64,000 bases of DNA from positions 186,001-250,000 of the forward strand of contig LSRY02000007.1 in the NCBI GenBank assembly GCA_001643675.2, read 5' to 3'. The notes beneath the pieces are model-generated. The model did no database searches. It saw only the letters and a program-made list of their open reading frames with translations, and had not been told where the DNA came from. This stretch comes from Monocercomonoides exilis PA203 (taxonomy: Eukaryota; Protista; Preaxostyla). Positions 38,027-50,094 of this stretch are shown here, piece by piece. Every line of letters starts with the position of its first letter. Positions within the stretch are counted from its first letter, which is position 1. A program made the position numbers and the translations under genes.

Positions 38027-40453
38027 ACGGGTATCTTTTACTTTTTCTTTTCTCCCCCATCTGGAGCAATTCCTGAGAATTCTACGACACGAAGTCTATT
38101 TTTTCAAAATTCTTTCTTTTTTTCAAAGGATATTCTTTCATCTTCACCTGCAACTGTCCTCCTTGCTCTGCTTTTGTTACAGCTACCATCTGATTCATCA
38201 TCGTAGTCATCATCATCTTCTTCTTCTTCATATCGTATTTCTTCATTTTTTGCATCTTCATAAGTGATAATAGCAGAAATAAAAAAGAATGGAATTTATA
38301 AAGAAAAGAAACTAGTTGAAGATGAGAAGATGATTGTTTAGTGAATGAAGAGAATGAAGATAAAGAGAAAGACAAATTTATTAAAAACAGAATATTATGA
38401 ATGGAATTTGGATTTAAAAAAATTGAAGAGATTTTAAAAGAAAAAAGGATAATATGGAAAAGGAGAAAAGTTGGAAGAGAAGACTTCAACGAGCAGTAAA
38501 AGAACGCTAAAACGGAGAAATAATCAATTGTTATTTATCTGAATCATTCCGTCTGCTGCTTCTTTTTCATGGGTGTCCTTAAGCACAGCAACAAACAGCA
38601 GGGAAGGGATGTAAGATGCGATGCTTCGGAGAGCTAATCGATGGTTGGGAAGCCACTTGGAAGTTCCAGAGAGTGCGCAGTCGCTTTGTCAAAGCGAGGC
38701 AATGTTAATCTCACAAAAGTCAGAGCTGATGATGATGCTGCAGGCAAAGGTGACATTCGGGACAGGCTGATCTGTTGCAGGTGAACAAGCAGCTGTCGAT
38801 ATGTTCACAGTTGTTCGCCTCTGAACTGGTCGAAAGAAATGGTAGTGAAGAAGGAGAACATCATGCTGAAGAAGCTTGTTGACTTATTTAAAACAGAAAG
38901 ATGAAAATAACACGCTGAATCATTCAGTGGATAAATAGTGGTGATGAGATGCTCAACGAAGAAGCTGATGCTATTATTGAAAAACCAGCAGAGGCTAGGC
39001 AGGACGTAGGGTGGAGAGGTTGGCGTGGGTGAGGAAGAGGGAGGAAGCGGGGAGAGCACGAATAGCAGGGCAGGTGAGGTGGAGGGAATGGACAGATATC
39101 CTGGAGAGGCGAAGGGTAACTTTGCAAGCACAAATGAGCATTGAGCTGAAGTGGAAAGGATGTTTTGGAGAGGAAAAGAGGGAGGAGAACACAGCGAGGG
39201 ACCCATCGAGGAAGGAGAAGAGGGAAGAGTGAGCAGATGCGAATGAGGAGTGAAGGAGAAGTGGCAGTGGGTGGTGATGCAGGTGTTGAGAAAGGTGACA
39301 ACAGCAGAGCATCTGAGGAGGAAGACATCCAAATGTATTTAAAAGACGAGGAAGAGGATGGAAGACAGAGATAGAGAAAGATGAAAAAGTGCAAGTGAAG
39401 ATTTTCGTTTAATGGAAGCATTTTTTGCGCAAAAAATGAAAATTCACAAATTGTATTGTTCAATTTTTTAAATAGTGATTTTTTTTTTATTATCATCTGT
39501 CACTTCTTTTGACGAATAAATCTATAAAAGTTCTTTTTTGAATTATTTGTTTTTAAATCGAAATAATCTACAAATTGTTGATAACTTGTTAAATATCTTG
39601 CATTACAATCAAATTTGTGTTTTTGTATTTTTGTTCATTGTTTGTTTTCAACATATTTATTTGTATCTTCAACATCTGTTTTGAAATTTCTTTTCAATAA
39701 CATTATTTAACATTCTTCATTTAAGAAATTGATTTATTGAGTATTGAAACAATCATTATCATGCTTTTCAAACAAGATAACTTATGTTTTATTACGTTCA
39801 TTGAATTTTCGATTTTTTTTTGAAATTACTTTTATTTTATGATATTTGTAATAAAATAAATTGGAAACAAATTAAAAACAACAAATAATTAATAATGATA
39901 ATATTTTAAACTATATTTTTATCAAAATATTAATAAAAACTTTCTAATAAACCCCACCCTTAATAAAAAATTATAATGATCAAACTTCGTAATTTTTTAT
40001 GATATCAAAAAAAATCACCCATTTTGTTTTGTTTTGTTTTGTTTTCTGACGGAATTTTTAAATTGTTAATCAAACTGATTCGACGCTCAATTTTGGTGAA
40101 AAAGTTTAATTGATACATAACTTTAATTCAGTATTTTCATGAATAAACAATTGAGAAAATATTGATTCTTGATCCAAAAATCTTTATCTTTACACATTTT
40201 TCATTTTATTTTTTGTTTTGAAATAATCATTATGATTGCACACTTATTTTCCAAATAAAGTGAACTTTCATAATCTTTTGATTTTGACGTGTAAAAAAAA
40301 CATAAAAGCCAGTCAGATAATTTTGAGTTTAATCATCCAAAAAATTTTCTATTATTAATGTGAAAACAGATAGCAAATTTGACAATAGAAAATTATCCTC
40401 CTTTTCAAAAACTTTTTTTTTTTCTTTTTCTTTTTATTCCAACAAAAACATCA

Positions 40454-40670
40454 AAATTAGCTGATCCTTTTTGAAATCATACTTTCGTTCGAGTTTTGAT
40501 CAAGAATAAAATCTCAGTGGGATATTTTTCAAAAATATGTTTTTGCAATAACAACATCATAAACAATAAGTGTTCCCAATTTCAACTCATTATAATACAA
40601 ATCCCATTGAGATAAATTTTTTGATCAAAACTCGAATGAAAGTTTTATTTCAAAAAGGATTAGCCAATTT
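40454..40670. repeat. Imperfect palindrome, MITE-like (~70-bp arms)
   Basis: AAATTAGCTGATCCTTTTTGAAAT..TTCGAGTTTTGATCAA..ATCTCAGTGGGAT versus ATCCCATTGAGAT..TTGATCAAAACTCGAA..ATTTCAAAAAGGATTAGCCAATTT. Confidence 0.7.
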
Positions 40671-40914
40671 GTAGTGACTTCATTTTCTCTTTGAATCTTC
40701 ACAATCAAAATTTTTGTCTCTCAAAAAATTTTTCTTTTCGAATAACCTACGAATAATCAACGCGTGAATATTTATGATAATTTTTTCATGTTTGTTAATA
40801 GGTATTAAAATTCATTTCATAAACCTGAAAGAAAAGTGTTGTTATTTTTGTTTTATTTAATGACTTCTTCAGTTTTTCCAAATCAATACAATTTTAATGA
40901 TTGTTTGTGTTTTT

Positions 40915-41290
40915 AATGATAAACACTTTCAATATCTGTGGACAGAGGAATTTTCACAATAATCGTTGATAGTTGTATTTTGACAAAGAACCGTATTATT
41001 CCCTCAATGAATACATAATTTTGATGCTCATGAAAATGAATCAACCAACTTCAAAGAATGTGGAAAAAACATAATCAATTCTCGGAAAAAATCGGAGAAT
41101 TTTATTTCGGTATGTTTTCAGATAAGAAAGAATTCTTTCCATATAATTTCAATATGGCAGATGTGTGATTAAAACAATTTATATTTGTTTCTATTCAATG
41201 AGGGAATGGTGTGGAATATTATCTAAATGCAACTATCAACTACTATTGAGATAATTCCGCTGTTCGCAGTTATTGAAAGTGTTTATCATT
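40915..41290. repeat. Imperfect palindrome, MITE-like (~100-bp arms)
   Basis: AATGATAAACACTTTCAATA..GTTGATAGTTG..ATTCCCTCA versus TGAGGGAAT..CAACTATCAAC..TATTGAAAGTGTTTATCATT. TA dinucleotides at both edges. Confidence 0.7.
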
Positions 41291-41414
41291 ATAAACATTT
41301 TTTATCAAAAAAAAAAAAAAAAAAAAAGAAGAAGAAGAAGAAGATAAAAATCTTTATTACTGTCGCATTTTCAACATGAACAGTGAAATAAATGATTTTT
41401 CATCTTCCGTTTGT

Positions 41415-41796
41415 GCAAAAAATACCGGACATCACAAAAAATTCAGGACAAGATCGATATCTCAATAACGGCAAGGAGAAAATTTCTGTGAAATTTCCTC
41501 AAAATATATCTCATCAATACAAACTCAATTGACAAACGAGACTTTCAAAATAGCTTCATTTGTATTCAGAGAAAATTATTTCAAATATCTCGGAGAAATA
41601 GGATTTTGAGTTTCTCTGAGATTTTAACAATAATTTTTTTTCCGAGCATAAACAAGAAAGTAATGAAAGTCTTGTATATCAATTCAGTTTGCATTAATGA
41701 ATCATATTTTGAGGAAAATTATCAGAATTATTCCTCTTGCAGTTATTGTGAAATCGTTCTTGTCCGGTATTTTGTGCGATGTCCTGTATTTTGTGC
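41415..41796. repeat. Long imperfect hairpin, foldback/MITE-like (~185-bp arms, short loop) with subterminal ~19-bp tandem repeats
   Basis: Matching inverted blocks GGACAAGA/TCTTGTCC, TTTCCTCAAAATAT/ATATTTTGAGGAAA, GACTTTCA/TGAAAGTC and ATCTCGGAGAAA/TTTCTCTGAGAT centred near 41605. Tandem GTCC(G/T)GTATTTTGTGCGAT at the right end. Confidence 0.7.
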
Positions 41797-42007
41797 GATA
41801 TCTGTATTTCTTTATTATTGTAAAGACTTTACCAACAAAAATATTTGTATTTTGACAATAAATTATAATAATTTTATAAAATATGTTTTTTTTAAGTTTG
41901 AAACCCAAATTTTTAAAAAATCGCAAACATTTCATTGAAATAAAAAGAAAACAATCAAAGAATTGATTATAATTTAGTAAGCTCAAAAAATCATTTTTTT
42001 CACCGTT

Positions 42008-42079
42008 GGCTGCTTAGTCTAGTGGTATGATTCTTGCTTCGGGTGCAAGAGGTCGGGGGTTCAATTCCCCCAGCAGCCC
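42008..42079 (+). tRNA. tRNA-Pro (anticodon CGG)
   Basis: Acceptor stem GGCTGCT/AGCAGCC, D arm TAGTCTAGTGGTATGA, anticodon arm CTTGC-TTCGGGT-GCAAG, T arm GGGGG-TTCAATT-CCCCC. An oligo-T Pol III terminator follows at ~42085. Confidence 0.95.
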
Positions 42080-42168
42080 ATGAATTTTTTTCAAATTTTT
42101 ATTTGAAATGTGAAACGAAAAATTGTGTTGATGAAATGATGATAAAAACAAATTCATACATTTTCAAT

Positions 42169-44082
42169 TCATTCTGCATCCATACCATTTTCATCATTTT
42201 CGCTGTCATCATCAACAATAATTATTTCTTTTTGCTTTTCAGAAGACTGGCTAATTGGCTGTGGACGAACTGACTGTACCTTTGGTTTTTGTAAGTGTAA
42301 GTTTTGTGTTTGTGGAGAAGGAGAGGGAGACAACATTGGAGTTGGACTCTGAGTTGGACGAGAAAGCGATGAAGTAGTATTTTGCTTCTTTTGTTTATGT
42401 TGCGTTTCTGAATGAGCTTGAGGATGGCTGAGATGTTTTTTATTCATGTCACTATTTTCCTCTGATTCGTCACTATCCGGATTTTCAACGTCCATTTCTC
42501 CATTCATTCGTTCTTCTTTCTTCTTTAGTTTTTTCAATCGCCTTCTCTCTTTCTCTCTTTCTTCTCTCTCTCTCTCTTTCTGTTCTCGCATTGCTTCTCT
42601 TCTCCGTTTTCTCCTCTCAAAGAAAGCAAAAACATCACTTGAACCTTCTTTTTGTTTTTCTTCCTCCACATATCGTCCGTCATCCATAACAATAACTTTT
42701 GTCGTTGTTTCACTAACTTCACGCATGATGCGCTCCATATTCAGATCAATAACAAGTTTCGTAAATGGAGCTGCTCGATGGCAGATTGGGCAGCTATATT
42801 CGCGATCACGACGACAAAACTGAAGAAAACTTTTCAAGTCGAAACATTGAAAATGGTTACAATGCTCGCTTCTTGCTGGGCAAGATATACGAAGCAGCGA
42901 GAGAGGGCATTGCATCGTAATGGCTGTCACTGTTTCGCTGACCTCTCCTTGAACTCGCCTTCTCATAGCCTTTCCAGTCACAACAACATCATCATCCATG
43001 TCATCCTTTTTCTCTTCGGCTGCTGGAGGTACCGCAGAAGAAGCTGACTGTGCGGATGATGTAGTAGTACCCGAAGATGATGTTTGCTGTGAAGAAGAAG
43101 AAGAAGATGATGCTGTAGAAGATGATTGAGAAGAAGTTGTGGAAGGAAGAAGAGCAGATGATGGAGATGATTGACGTAACTGTTGAAAAGATGAAGATTT
43201 TGCAACTTCTTCTTGTATTACGGTTGTTGGAAACGGATCGTTATCCATTTCAATCTCAATTTCTTCAAGTTTCGCTTCGAGTTGTGCTGTCTTTTCTTTT
43301 AGATCGGCACTTATCTCTCCCATATCTTGAACTTGAATTGAAGAAATTTGCTTGATTTGATCTCGGATTTCTTTCTGTCTAATTTTTCTTGCCTGCTCTT
43401 TTTCTTCCCAAAGTTGACATTCTCTTCGCTTAGGCTCTATCTTTTGTCGTAATTCAGTCACCAATTGAGAAATTGTTCTCGGTGTTACAATCATTGGCAC
43501 AATAACAGCATCCATTACACTTGGAGGCGGTCGAGCTTCAATTGTAAGAATTGGAGACAAAACATAAGCAGTTATATCAAGGGAAGCTGGAGTAGTGAAT
43601 CTTTGTTGTTTTGTTGAGCGAGCAACGAATCTCGCCTGAGAGAACGCTGCAGATGTGCAATCAACAGGAATTCCATTCACTCTAACAGCAGAGCTCCAGC
43701 TTAAAGGAATATCACCAGCATGCAATGAAAAACAACGGAGATGCAAACGAATCGAACCAAGTGGTGGGCCTTGCCACGATGGTTGAGAACGAGATTGAAG
43801 CAGATCTTCAAAGTGATCAAAGAGATAAATTGACTGAGGAACCATTTTTAAGCAACGAAAAGCAGGTAGCCGATCAACTATTCTGAAAAATGGATCCAAA
43901 GTATCCAAAAAAGCTGGATTTTTAGCAACACTTTCGCACATTTCATCAATTTTTATTTGCGGGCGAGGCCCGGTTAGAATTTCCACAATATGTTTTGGAA
44001 GTTGGGCAAGAAATTCTGGGGAATATGTCTTTTTTTCTTCAGATGATTTTTCAATCTGCTTCGCGGATGATTGATAAAACAT
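42169..44082 (-). CDS. PIAS/SIZ-family E3 SUMO ligase (MIZ/SP-RING zinc finger)
   Basis: ITMQCPLSLLRISCPARSEHCNHFQCFDLKSFL..YSCPIC is a canonical SP-RING. A SIM-like EIIIVDDDSE lies near the C-terminus. Single 637-aa ORF. Confidence 0.85.
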   Translation of the reverse strand: MFYQSSAKQIEKSSEEKKTYSPEFLAQLPKHIVEILTGPRPQIKIDEMCESVAKNPAFLDTLDPFFRIVDRLPAFRCLKMVPQSIYLFDHFEDLLQSRSQPSWQGPPLGSIRLHLRCFSLHAGDIPLSWSSAVRVNGIPVDCTSAAFSQARFVARSTKQQRFTTPASLDITAYVLSPILTIEARPPPSVMDAVIVPMIVTPRTISQLVTELRQKIEPKRRECQLWEEKEQARKIRQKEIRDQIKQISSIQVQDMGEISADLKEKTAQLEAKLEEIEIEMDNDPFPTTVIQEEVAKSSSFQQLRQSSPSSALLPSTTSSQSSSTASSSSSSSQQTSSSGTTTSSAQSASSAVPPAAEEKKDDMDDDVVVTGKAMRRRVQGEVSETVTAITMQCPLSLLRISCPARSEHCNHFQCFDLKSFLQFCRRDREYSCPICHRAAPFTKLVIDLNMERIMREVSETTTKVIVMDDGRYVEEEKQKEGSSDVFAFFERRKRRREAMREQKEREREEREKERRRLKKLKKKEERMNGEMDVENPDSDESEENSDMNKKHLSHPQAHSETQHKQKKQNTTSSLSRPTQSPTPMLSPSPSPQTQNLHLQKPKVQSVRPQPISQSSEKQKEIIIVDDDSENDENGMDAE

Positions 44083-44148
44083 GCGAATTATAATGGTTTA
44101 AAAATTAAATAAAATGTTAAGGGTAAACTTATGAGGAAAAGGTGAAAA

Positions 44149-47100
44149 ATGAAAGTTTCAATTCCATCAGCAACACAGAATGGACAAAGCGTTGCAAATT
44201 CAGAATTTAGCGTACAAATGCACAGATGGTTTAAAGTCCAACCTGATGGACACAATTTTATTTCTTCATTTTATTATCCAACGCAAGATGCATTAGATTC
44301 CATGGGCACAATTTCAAAGGCTTACTCAAAAACTGCGACTGAATGGACCGAATCATCTATAAGAGAAGAAATTAACCAACTTATCTTTGATTTGGCAAAC
44401 CCCGATAAGCTGGAGTTATCATTAAAATCACTTGCTCAAGTTTGATATAAAATTTTTTGAAAAATATAAAAGTGTTTCCAAACTTGCAAACTTGATTCTT
44501 TTTTAATTTAGAAATGTAACAAACCGCTTCATGCGCAGTATATCGTCGAACTTGCATGGGCATGCCCAGGAACGTTTAACATACTTCTGTGGGTTGTTAC
44601 TCGAATAATACCTCTATTGGAACCTTTCATTTTAACAGCAACGTTTGATATTTTCTTTCTTTTCTTTTTTCAAAATTTATTCCGTTTATTTTTGATGAAT
44701 TTTGATGATGATCATAAATTTAGACAATGTGCACCTGCTCTACATTCAATATTGATTCTATTATTGATGTTCCGAAATCCAGTAATTTGTCAAGAGGTCC
44801 TTGATGGTTTGTTTATTTGTTAATTACCTTTTTCTTGTGATAATATTTTTTTAAAAAAGCCAAAATTCTACCACTTCTTGTACCAATCATTCGATTTAAT
44901 AATCCATGCTCATATTTTGTGAGTTTAAAATTAGCGACATTGCAAATATTTTGCAGTTTAACAAATGTTGGTTCAATATTTTTTTTGTATCATGATATTG
45001 TATTTGACCAAAATTTCATAGAAATTTTCTTCTTCAATAAATACAATTCTAATGGAAATTGATTTAGTCAAATATTGCTGCAGTACTCTTGAAGCAAATG
45101 TAAAACGGTGGCATCTGGTTTGATTTTTGCTATTATTTGGCAGTTTTTTATTTAATGAATATTCTGAAACGATTGACAATTTTCTCACAATATTTTCTTA
45201 AGCCTTCGATTGTCATCTTCTACAATTTACTTTCAAACAGAACTACCTTCTTCTTTTTTCTTCAAAACTTCAGAGCAATAAATGCAGTCGAAGAATCACT
45301 TTACGGCTTGTTGGCTGCATTTGCTGCCAAACCAGATGAAGTCGATGACCTCTCAATTCGATACATTGCGAAGACATATTTGTTGTTTTTTACCAATGAA
45401 GAGTATGAACAATACTTTATATTCTCAATTTTTGAAAAATTTGCTTTCTATTTATTTTTAATTTGCTATTATTTATGTTTTGTTTTTTTTCTGAATTTTA
45501 AAAATTAAATTAAAAACCTTTTCATTTCCCCCATCTTTCAATGACTTTTTATCAATCACTCACAAACAATATTCTTCCATCACGCATTCCTTCCCTTCAG
45601 ATTGGGAGTGGCCATCATCCGCCGGCACCCCATCCAGGATCTTCTGGAAGGACAGCCTGCATTCCGGCTGAGCACAGACAAAGACAGCAAAGAAGAGGCA
45701 AAGCTGACAGCAGTAACAGTTGCTATTGTGCATGCACTGCACTGCAGATGCGCAGACCTCGGGGAGCTGCTGAGGGACATACTGGAAGAGGAGAGGAGGA
45801 AAGTGAGGGAGAAGGAGATGGAGCTGGCAAGGGAGAAGGAGAAAGCAGAGGAGACTGAAGGAGAGAAGGAGAGAGAGAGAGAAAGAGAAAGGGAAATGGA
45901 ACTGGAGAGAAAAGAAGAAAGCTCATTTCAAGCAAAGATGAAGAAGGACACAGAAGACAATATAATTTCATATCGCACTCAGTCAAAAGACACTCAAATT
46001 GACAAAAGACAACAAGAAGCGTCTGATCAACAGCGCATTGCAGCAACAGCTCCAACATCCACTTCAACAGCATCTCCGTTGAACGAGCAAAAGATCCTTC
46101 TTCCTCTGAACCCACCCACATCATTCACAACCTCTTCTTCTTCTTCTTCTTCTTCATCTATTTCATCATCCTCATCTTCTTCTCTTTCCGAAGAGAAAAC
46201 ACAACATGCCAATTTGCCCAGCATCTTCCAGCTTCCTCGCGGGACAGCTTCTTCTCTTCAGATGCGGCCAGACAATCCTCAGCGCTTTTATCAGACAGAC
46301 ACACAGCACCGCCTGCAGACTATGCGGAATGACGGAACAAAAACAACATTTCAGAACTACTTTGGCGTTGGGGCAGGAGACAACACAGGTGGAAGAGCAG
46401 GGAAAGATGTTGGCATCTCAGCAGGAACTGTGCAAGCTTCAACTTATTCTACACCAAACCCTTCATCATCATCATCATCATCCTCATCTTCTTCTTCAAT
46501 AACATCTCCTTCATCTTCTTTGCTTCCACAGGGAAATCCCAATGCCATTGGTGCTTCTGTAGGCATGCCTGGGGCACCAGCACTGCAGAACGCTCCTAAT
46601 CAGCAATATTCCAAACACCAGTCACTTTACTCGTCTTCTCCCCTCGGAGTACCAAGCTCCTCATCATCAGCTCTTCCTTCTTCTCTTTCTGTGCTTTCTT
46701 CGTCATCATCTTCCACCTCTCCATCTTCTTCAATGATCACTCCTAATTCTGCCACCACACCTTCTCCTTCTCCCTCTCCTTCTCCTTCTTCTGCAGCGCC
46801 TCTTTCCTCAACACTTCCATCTCCCATCACTTCATATCCTCGCAGACCCAATGCACCGTATCACCCTGCTCCTCAGCTGCCTCTTCAGCCAGCTCTTCAG
46901 TCAACACACTCACCATACAGCACTCAACCCCCATCCCAGCCACACTCTGCATACATCTCCCATTCTGTCTACACTCCCCAGCAGTCTGCAGCCACCTCTC
47001 CCTCTTCCCACCCACACATCCCTTCCGCCCTCCCTCCTCCTTCCTCTTCTGCATTGAGTGTACCACCACCTCAGCAGCAGCAGTATCTTCCTCACCCTCC

Positions 47101-47266
47101 ACACCAAATAGCAACAGCAGAGTATATGCCATTCCAAACATCGCAGAGGCAGGCTCTTCCAAGGACACATCCTGATCAGCTGCCACCTTCTCGCTCGTCG
47201 GGTACACAGGGGCAGAGAAGACAGCAGAGTCAGTACGGATCGTGGAGTGCGTATCAGGGGAAGTGA
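44149..47266 (+). CDS. CNOT9/Rcd1-like protein with a long low-complexity C-terminus (multi-exon)
   Basis: Exon peptides EEINQLIFDLANPDKLELSLKSL, LHGMPGTFNILL, ALHSILILLLMFRNP..KILPLLVPII and LKLATLQIF parallel Rcd1 armadillo repeats but are divergent. Terminal exon is ORF 45602-47266. Confidence 0.5.
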
Positions 47267-47603
47267 GTTGAGTTAGATAGATAGATAGATAGATAGAGTG
47301 AGAGAGAAAGAGAAAGTGATTGAAGCATATGCTTTGATGAATGCTAAGTGATGGATTAAAAGGAATTGTGAGATGATTGAGAGCGAATGAGCTGCTGTTT
47401 CATGAATCACATTTTTTTTGTTTATTCATTTTCAAATTTTATTTGCTTCAACATTTCAAAGAAAAAAAAGTGAAATGAAAAAAATAAAGATAATTTGGTG
47501 TTTATTTCTACTTTTAAAACAAGAGGCATAAGATTTCCCTTCCTAGCACTTCTAATCTAATAACAAACAATATTTCCGAATCACCTTTTTGAACGAAGTC
47601 TTT

Positions 47604-49073
47604 CTATGATAGACTTCCATATCCTTCTTTCATTCTTTTCTCCAGCTCTCTCTGCTCTCTTATCTTTCTTGCATGTTCCATTTGCTCTCGCTTCTTCTGA
47701 GCATACCGCTGAGCTTCTGACATTGGAGCAGACTGAGATGAGGAAGAGGAAGAGGAGGAAGAGGAAGAGAAGGATGATGATGATGAAGGTGTTGATGAAG
47801 ATGATGAGGAGGAATGAATGGAAGAATGATGTGGAATTGTACGGGATGACGAAGATGACGATGGAAAAGCAGAGGAATGAAGAGAAGTGGAAGCAGAATA
47901 CGAGCCACGTGAACGAGTTTCCAACGAAGAAGAAGGGAAGAGCGTGTGAGGTGTCATCATCAGATCGTATGCAGTCATTCCAGATGAACCAGAATGCGAT
48001 GCTACTGCTCCTGCGCCTTCAGAGTCCACTGGCCTGGCTGAGCGGGTGGCAGGCTGGCGCGAAGAACCAGACTCAAGAGAGCGCAAAGACGAGCCTGTGA
48101 GCGCTGCAAATGTTTGGTGAAAAGAAAAAGAATTGGAAAAAACGAGAATAAGTTAAAAATTTCAAAAATTTGAACAATATTTGAGATAAACACCTTTTGG
48201 CTGTTCTGTCGGTGCAAGAGAAGCAAATGTCATCCCAGCAGATCTTCCACTCCTTATTCTCTCTCCAGTCTAATTCATCAAAATTTTATATCAAAAAGTT
48301 AATGTAAAAATATAAGGATTGCAAATTGAAATTCAAACGGTTTCAATCATTGTTTTATGCGCGCTGTATGGTTGACCACAATCACATCGATATGTACTGT
48401 TAAAGCCTGCACATGAGCACTTTCATTTAATGTTAAATTAGAAAGATAAAAAAAAAAACGAGAAAGCACTAACCTTTCTACATTTTTTCAATCCATCTGG
48501 ATTGTGGTCTTCTGGATTATGCTTACATGAGCATTTAATTGTCATAGATCCAGTTCCTGGAATGAAAGAGAAACATTTACTTTTCACAAATTAAAGCAAA
48601 ACCTTTTAAAAGAAAATTTCATATTTATTGTAAAATGCAAACCATCTGCATCCAGGTTCTGTGCACGGCATTAATCTTGTTCCTTCCTTAAGCTTGTGAC
48701 TCCTCATTGTGTGAATGCAAAAGCCTTCCAAAAACTAACTTTAATAATTGATACCCAACAAAAGCATACATTTTGAAGATGGACCGCACATTTTACAATC
48801 TGATGATGAACTTGGGACTTTCCAACTAACATGCATCTGCTCACGCGTTGATGTTGTAACACATTCCATGTCAGCAGCCAACTCAGCTAATTAAAGAAAA
48901 TAAACACATTTTTCTGAAAAATAATACAAACAAGCAATGTACGCATCAAGTGATGAAACGGCTAAAAAGCATTTTTAATAATTCATTGTTTTACAATTCA
49001 TATATCAAAAAGATGTTTAATAAAAAACGTTAAAATTCAAGCCTGCTGCAGAAACTCGAATATGTTCAGACAT
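47604..49073 (-). CDS. FAM221-like Cys-rich protein (multi-exon)
   Basis: Spliced peptides CKMCGPSSKC/FCIHTMRSHK..MPCTEPGCR, IKCSCKH and CSCAGFNSTYRCDCGQPYSAHKTMIET match the FAM221A Cys/His pattern. Confidence 0.65.
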
Positions 49074-50094
49074 GATTTTGAGAGAATTATATTAAGGTTG
49101 CATTTTACTCACTGTTTTTAACATAAAAGTTTTTTTTTTAATGAAAAAATTTGCACTTTGAATTTTACGTTCATTAATAACTAATACTTATTTATTAAAA
49201 AAAAAAAACAAGAGCATCAGACTTCCAAGGAAATTGGTAAGTGATCATGATCAAAATTCACACATAACCTGCGAATGGTCTTCACCATATTTTATCATCC
49301 TCTGCTCAAAAATAAAGTCTGATGGACAACTATATATACTGAGAAATGGATCTCTTTTAGAAATGTTGGGATTAACTTTCAAAAACTCTTTAAGGATTAT
49401 ATTTAGTGCATCATTTGTTAGAGATGGATATTTGGTTTGATAAAAGAACTTTCAAGTGAGAAATGAAATTTTGAATGAATTTATGCAATAAATGATCTAA
49501 ATAATCCTCAATTGAATTAACAAAATTTGAAAATGAGCTTTTATAATTAGTGTTTTTTTTTTGTGAACTGTTAAATGAAGTTTATGAACAAATGTTATTG
49601 ATGTTAATCAAGATTTATGATAAATTACATTTGAAGATGAATTGTAAAGTATGCTTTAAGAAGAAATGGGTTTTCGTTCATTTTTTATATGTCCTGTGAT
49701 GTATATTCAATTTGCTACTGCTGATTGAATTTAACTATTCTCATGACGACAAAAATTGTCACCAAGATCTCTGATGGACTTTTTGTATTTCACATTTTTT
49801 ATGAAATTGTTTTTCAATGTATTTTATTAAAAATTAATTGTTTTCCAATATTTATCTTTTCATTCTTTTTATTAGATAAATGGCAGTTGATACACGTTGT
49901 TTTTTTTCTTTTTATTTTTGATTTTTGAAAAATGTTTGAAGAATCAATGAAATAACTTTTCACAATGGTTTTTTGTTTGACAATGCAAAAAATGAGAAAA
50001 ATAAAATTTTTAAAATAAGAAAGTTTTGAAATTAAAATAATTTTTGAAGATGCAAAAGAAGTTAGAATCAGAAAAATTAAAATTTAAACAATGT

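Noticed and set aside
38500-39400. GC-richer, purine-skewed coding-like stretch
   Set aside because: Stops occur in all plus-strand frames and no motif is recognisable, so it is too degraded to call beyond probable pseudogene debris.
42034-42273. 79-aa ORF overlapping the tRNA
   Set aside because: Spurious translation of the tRNA-Pro and its AT-rich trailer.
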